From: Macrostomum lignano
Lineage: Eukaryota
Direction of reading: 5' to 3'
Assembly: GCA_002269645.1 (NCBI GenBank)
Contig: NIVC01000083.1
Coordinates: 310,001-374,000, forward strand
DNA: 64,000 bases
Position 1 is the first letter of the stretch; each line of letters begins with the position of its first letter. A program made the position numbers and the translations under genes. Below, piece after piece: positions 58,037 to 64,000 of the stretch. The notes under the pieces were generated by a model. It searched no databases and had not been told where the DNA came from. It was given only the letters and a program-made list of their open reading frames with translations.

Positions 58037-58348
58037 GTTTGACAATATAAGCAATATTTTTGAACGTGAAATCTGAATTACGGCGCGTTACTCTGCTGTG
58101 TGGCTATCTCTCTCACACACACTCTGCCTACTTCAGTAGCCCTGCGCATACGTAAGTTCGCACTGGTGAGCCAGATTAAGTACGCAGGCAACAAGAGGAG
58201 CGTAGATGATACTAGCAATCTTCGCCCCCGTTGGGGGACATCTGGATAGAATCTCTGTTCTCTACAAGTAACAAAAAGATAGCCAAAAAAGCCTTCACAA
58301 AGACGACAGACAAACTGCTCAAATAAAGTGTAATGCAAAAAGAAATCA

Positions 58349-58455
58349 TCCCAAGACAGCAAGCATCCCCCAAATAGCAAGCATCCCCCAGATTGCAAGC
58401 ATCCCCCAGATAGCAAGCATCCCCCAGATAGCAAGCATCCCCAAATAGTAAGCAT
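58349..58455. repeat. 18-bp tandem repeat (AGATAGCAAGCATCCCCC)
   Basis: About five to six units; related units also occur at ~40721-40775. Confidence 0.85.
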
Positions 58456-58565
58456 CCACCATACAATAAGTACCCGGTAGCTAGTGCTACAATTTCCTTA
58501 GCTCTATAGTGGCTCCTTTAAAATTGGCATGACGCTTACTTTTACGTTTGAAATTGTGTAAATTT

Positions 58566-61290
58566 TATGTTTGACATGGTGGCTCCTAAATGTTTGACAT
58601 GGTGGCTCTTTTATGTTCGACATGGTGGCTCTTTAATGTTCGACATGGTGGCTCTTTAATGTTAGACATGGTGGCTCTTTAATGTTAGACATGGTGGCTC
58701 TTTAATGTTAGACATGGTGGCTCTTTAATGTTAGACACGGTGGCTCTTTTATGTTCGACATGGTGGCTCTTTAATGTTCGACATGGTGGCTGTTTAATGT
58801 TAGACATGATGGCTCTTTAATGTTTGACATTGCGGCTCTTTAATGTTTGACATGGTGGCTCTTTTATGTTGGACATGGTGGTTCTTTTATGTTCTACATG
58901 GTGGCTCTTTAATGTTTGACATGAGGGCTCTTTTATGTTCGACATGGTGGCTCTTTTATGCTTGACATGGTGGCTCTTTACTGTTTGACATGGAGTCACA
59001 TATATGTTTGACATGGTGGCTCTTTTATGTTTGACAAGGTGGCTCTTTAATGTTTTACGAGGTGGCTCTTTAATGTTCTTCATGGTAGCTCTTTTATGTT
59101 AGACATGATGGCTTTTTAATTTTCGACATGGTAGCACTTTAATGTTAGACATGGTGGCTCTTAAATGTTTGACGTGGTGGCTCTTTTATGTTCGACATGG
59201 TGGCTCTTTAATGTTCGACATGGTGGCTTTTTAATGTTAGACATGGTGGCTCTTTAATGTTAGACATGGTGGCTCTTTAATATTCGACATGGTGGCTCTT
59301 TAATGTTAGACATGGTGGCTCTTTAATATTCGACATGGTGGCTCTATAATGTTAGACATAGTGGCTCTTTAATGTTCGACATGGTGGCTCTATAATGTTA
59401 GACATGGTGGCTCTTTAATATTCGACATGGTGGCTCTTTAATGTTTGACATTGAGGCTCTTTAATGTTTGACATGGTGGCTCTTTTATGTTGGACATGGT
59501 GGTTCTTTTATGTTCGACATGGTGGCTCTTTTATGTTTGACATGGTGGCTCTTTACTGTTTGACCTGGATTCACATATATGTTTGACATGGTGGCTCTTT
59601 TATGTTTGACATGGTGGCTTTTTTATGTTTTACATGGTGGCTCTTTAATGTTAGACATGGTGGCTCTTTAATATTCGACATGGTGGCTCTTTAATGTTAG
59701 ACATAGTGGCTCTTTAATGTTCGACATGGTGGCTCTTTAATGTTAGACATGGTGGCTCTTTAATATTCGACATGGTAGCTCTTTAATATTCGACATGGTG
59801 GCTCTTTAATGTTTGACATTGAGGCTCTTTAATGTTTGACCTGGATTCACATATATGTTTGACATGGTGGCTCTTTTATGTTTGACATGGTGGCTCTTTT
59901 ATGTTTGACATGGTGGCTCTTTAATGTTAGACATAGTGGCTCTTTAATGTTCGACATGGTGGCTCTTTAATGTTAGACATGGTGGCTCTTTAATATTCGA
60001 CATGGTGGCTCTTTAATGTTAGACATAGTGGCTCTTTAATGTTCGACATGGTGGCTCTATAATGTTAGACATGGTGGCTCTTTAATATTCGACATGGTGG
60101 CTCTTTAATGTTTGACATTGAGGCTCTTTAATGTTTGACATGGTGGCTCTTTTATGTTGGACATGGTGGTTCTTTTATGTTCGACATGGTGGCTCTTTTA
60201 TGTTTGACATGGTGGCTCTTTACTGTTTGACCTGGATTCACATATATGTTTGACATGGTGGCTCTTTTATGTTTGACATGGTGGCTTTTTTATGTTTTAC
60301 ATGGTGGCTCTTTAATGTTAGACATGGTGGCTCTTTAATATTCGACATGGTGGCTCTTTAATGTTAGACATAGTGGCTCTTTAATGTTCGACATGGTGGC
60401 TCTTTAATGTTAGACATGGTGGCTCTTTAATATTCGACATGGTAGCTCTTTAATGTTAGACATAGTGGCTCTTTAATGTTCGACATGGTGGCTCTATAAT
60501 GTTAGACATGGTGGCTCTTTAATATTCGACATGGTGGCTCTTTAATGTTTGACATTGAGGCTCTTTAATGTTTGACATGGTGGCTCTTTTATGTTGGACA
60601 TGGTGGTTCTTTTATGTTCGACATGGTGGCTCTTTTATGTTTGACATGGTGGCTCTTTACTGTTTGACCTGGATTCACATATATGTTTGACATGGTGGCT
60701 CTTTTATGTTTGACATGGTGGCTTTTTTATGTTTTACATGGTGGCTCTTTAATGTTAGACATGGTGGCTCTTTAATATTCGACATGGTGGCTCTTTAATG
60801 TTAGACATAGTGGCTCTTTAATGTTCGACATGGTGGCTCTTTAATGTTAGACATGGTGGCTCTTTAATATTCGACATGGTAGCTCTTTAATGTTAGACAT
60901 AGTGGCTCTTTAATGTTCGACATGGTGGCTCTATAATGTTAGACATGGTGGCTCTTTAATATTCGACATGGTGGCTCTTTAATGTTTGACATTGAGGCTC
61001 TTTAATGTTTGACATGGTGGCTCTTTTATGTTGGACATGGTGGTTCTTTTATGTTCGACATGGTGGCTCTTTTATGTTTGACATGGTGGCTCTTTACTGT
61101 TTGACCTGGATTCACATATATGTTTGACATGGTGGCTCTTTTATGTTTGACATGGTGGCTTTTTTATGTTTTACATGGTGGCTCTTTAATGTTAGACATG
61201 GTGGCTCTTTAATGGTCGACATGATGGCTCTTTAATGTTCGACATGGTGGCTCTTTAATGTTTGACATGGTGGCTCTTTAATGTTTGACA
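58566..61290. repeat. 23-bp satellite (GACATGGTGGCTCTTTAATGTTA), block 1, with higher-order repeats
   Basis: The marker variant CCTGGATTCACATAT occurs at 59564, 59840, 60231, 60668 and 61105. Spacings of 276, 391, 437 and 437 are all multiples of 23. Confidence 0.97.
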
Positions 61291-61350
61291 TTGTGCTTTT
61301 TTGTGTTTAGCATTTGTGTTTTTAAGGTTTTTGAATAAAAAAATCTTTTT

Positions 61351-61420
61351 GCACTACTAAGATTCGAACCCAGGTCGCTGCATTAGCAGTCCAGTCTGTT
61401 CGCATCTATGCTATCTCTTG
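61351..61420 (-). other. Degenerate tRNA-like sequence (SINE head or tRNA-Ser-like pseudogene)
   Basis: Minus strand AGCATAGATGCGAACAGACTGGA-CTGCTAA-TGCAG-CGACCTGGGTTCGAATC, with a GCT anticodon-like loop and B-box GGTTCGAATC. The acceptor stem is not convincing. Confidence 0.5.
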
Positions 61421-61850
61421 TCAATTGGAATACGTGAATTGTGGCCCTTATAATTAAATTCTTATAGCAAATCGGTTAGAGTAAAAAGTTATGACATAAT
61501 CAATTTCTCAGTCAGCCAGTATCAGTGTCAATTTAAGTTAGCAATATTGTTACGCAACTTAAATCAAGTTTTGTGTGCATTTGTTCGGCACTGTTTTCAA
61601 CTGGTTGTGATGTAATCTTTATCACAATTGGAATTCAGTCAGTCAGTTTTTTCTCTAGCATTCTTACAATGCATTTCAGGTCGAAAGAGCTGCTTGACCT
61701 TTGCAAAAAAGCATGTTTTTCGAATATTTAATCCCTTTAATATTGAGCAATTTCTTAGCCAAGATGCATGTACCGTCCCAGGAAAATTTCTGATCGAATG
61801 GTGCAAGTTTGAAGAAAATCGGTTGAGCCATTTTTTCTGAAATCTATCGC

Positions 61851-64000
61851 ATTCGACATGGTGGCTCTTTAATGTTTGACATTGAGGCTCTTTAATGTTT
61901 GACATGGTGGCTCTTTTATGTTGGACATGGTGGTTCTTTTATGTTCGACATGGTGGCTCTTTTATGTTTGACATGGTGGCTCTTTACTGTTTGACCTGGA
62001 TTCACATATATGTTTGACATGGTGGCTCTTTTATGTTTGACATGGTGGCTTTTTTATGTTTTACATGGTGGCTCTTTAATGTTAGACATGGTGGCTCTTT
62101 AATATTCGACATGGTGGCTCTTTAATGTTAGACATAGTGGCTCTTTAATGTTCGACATGGTGGCTCTTTAATGTTAGACATGGTGGCTCTTTAATATTCG
62201 ACATGGTAGCTCTTTAATATTCGACATGGTGGCTCTTTAATGTTTGACATTGAGGCTCTTTAATGTTTGACCTGGATTCACATATATGTTTGACATGGTG
62301 GCTCTTTTATGTTTGACATGGTGGCTCTTTTATGTTTGACATGGTGGCTCTTTAATGTTAGACATAGTGGCTCTTTAATGTTCGACATGGTGGCTCTTTA
62401 ATGTTAGACATGGTGGCTCTTTAATATTCGACATGGTGGCTCTTTAATGTTAGACATGGTGGCTCTATAATGTTAGACATGGTGGCTCTTTAATATTCGA
62501 CATGGTGGCTCTTTAATGTTTGACATTGAGGCTCTTTAATGTTTGACATGGTGGCTCTTTTATGTTGGACATGGTGGTTCTTTTATGTTCGACATGGTGG
62601 CTCTTTTATGTTTGACATGGTGGCTCTTTACTGTTTGACCTGGATTCACATATATGTTTGACATGGTGGCTCTTTTATGTTTGACATGGTGGCTTTTTTA
62701 TGTTTTACATGGTGGCTCTTTAATGTTAGACATGGTGGCTCCTTAATATTCGACATGGTGGCTCTTTAATGTTAGACATAGTGGCTCTTTAATGTTCGAC
62801 ATGGTGGCTCTTTAATGTTAGACATGGTGGCTCTTTAATATTCGACATGGTAGCTCTTTAATGTTAGACATAGTGGCTCTTTAATGTTCGACATGGTGGC
62901 TCTATAATGTTAGACATGGTGGCTCTTTAATATTCGACATGGTGGCTCTTTAATGTTTGACATTGAGGCTCTTTAATGTTTGACATGGTGGCTCTTTTAT
63001 GTTGGACATGGTGGTTCTTTTATGTTCGACATGGTGGCTCTTTTATGTTTGACATGGTGGCTCTTTACTGTTTGACATGGAGTCACATATATGTTTGACA
63101 TGGTGGCTCTTTTATGTTAGACATGGTGGCTCTTTAATGTTAGACACGGTGGCTCTTTTATGTTCGACATGGTGGCTCTTTAATGTTCGACATGGTGGCT
63201 GTTTAATGTTAGACATGATGGCTCTTTAATGTTTGACATTGCGGCTCTTTAATGTTTGACATGGTGGCTCTTTTATGTTGGACATGGTGGTTCTTTTATG
63301 TTCTACATGGTGGCTCTTTTATGCTTGACATGGTGGCTCTTTAACGTTTGACATGATGGCTCTTTTATGTTCGACATGGTGGCTCTTTTATGCTTGACAT
63401 GGTGGCTCTTTACTGTTTGACATGGAGTCACATATATGTTTGACATGGTGGCTCTTTTATGTTTGACAAGGTGGCTCTTTAATGTTTTACGAGGTGGCTC
63501 TTTAATGTTCTTCATGGTAGCTCTTTTATGTTAGACATGATGGCTTTTTAAATTTCGACATGGTAGCACTTTAATGTTAGACATGGTGGCTCTTAAATGT
63601 TTGACGTGGTGGCTCTTTTATGTTCGACATGGTGGCTCTTTAATGTTCGACATGGTGGCTTTTTAATGTTAGACATGGTGGCTCTTTAATGTTAGACATG
63701 GTGGCTCTTTAATATTCGACATGGTGGCTCTTTAATGTTAGACATGGTGGCTCTTTAATATTCGACATGGTGGCTCTATAATGTTAGACATGGTGGCTCT
63801 TTAATATTCGACATGGTGGCTCTTTAATGTTTGACATTGAGGCTCTTTAATGTTTGACATGGTGGCTCTTTTATGTTGGACATGGTGGTTCTTTTATGTT
63901 CGACATGGTGGCTCTTTTATGTTTGACATGGTGGCTCTTTACTGTTTGACCTGGATTCACATATATGTTTGACATGTTGGCTCTTTTATGTTTGACATGG
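61851..64000. repeat. 23-bp satellite, block 2, running off the window end
   Basis: Same monomer and same ordered variants as block 1 (marker at 61995, 62271, 62639, 63950). Confidence 0.97.

Noticed and set aside
56705-58320. Further candidate small exons flanking the 24-bp array
   Set aside because: Splice-like signals exist but no frame gives a recognisable peptide, so none can be supported without transcripts.
61351-61420. Functional tRNA-Ser(GCT) gene
   Set aside because: Mismatched anticodon stem, no long variable arm and no convincing acceptor stem; reported only as a tRNA-like remnant.
44658-64000. Regular short repeats that might be read as CRISPR arrays
   Set aside because: Units are contiguous with no unique spacers, there are no cas genes, and the context is eukaryotic with spliceosomal introns.

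Overview
This is a gene-containing eukaryotic (metazoan) genomic window, not a prokaryotic one. It has GC-rich, Ala/Gly/Ser-rich exons separated by GT-AG introns that are mostly filled with intron-specific tandem repeats. That architecture suggests a repeat-rich invertebrate such as a Macrostomum-like flatworm (inference, not verified). Reconstructed by hand: the 3' three exons of an unassigned coiled-coil protein (+, weakly Unkempt-like); a complete 13-exon AP-2 alpha adaptin (-, 988 aa); an ornithine decarboxylase antizyme (+) needing a +1 ribosomal frameshift at UUU-UGA, with a long downstream hairpin and an overlapping uORF; Homer (+, 5 exons, 5-nt first coding exon); a HAX1-like gene (+); and an unassigned coiled-coil gene (+). 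Mobile DNA includes an RT-less Penelope-like element with a GIY-YIG domain and a hammerhead-like motif, a tRNA/CORE SINE, a MITE family with 8-bp TSDs, an intact 832-aa MULE/NOF-like transposase ORF inside Homer intron 1, and decayed LINE, RTE, Gypsy and mariner fragments. The last ~5.4 kb is a 23-bp satellite with higher-order structure, interrupted by a unique island. Most long ORFs in the supplied track are artefacts of tandem repeats. All protein assignments rest on recalled family motifs; no searches were run.
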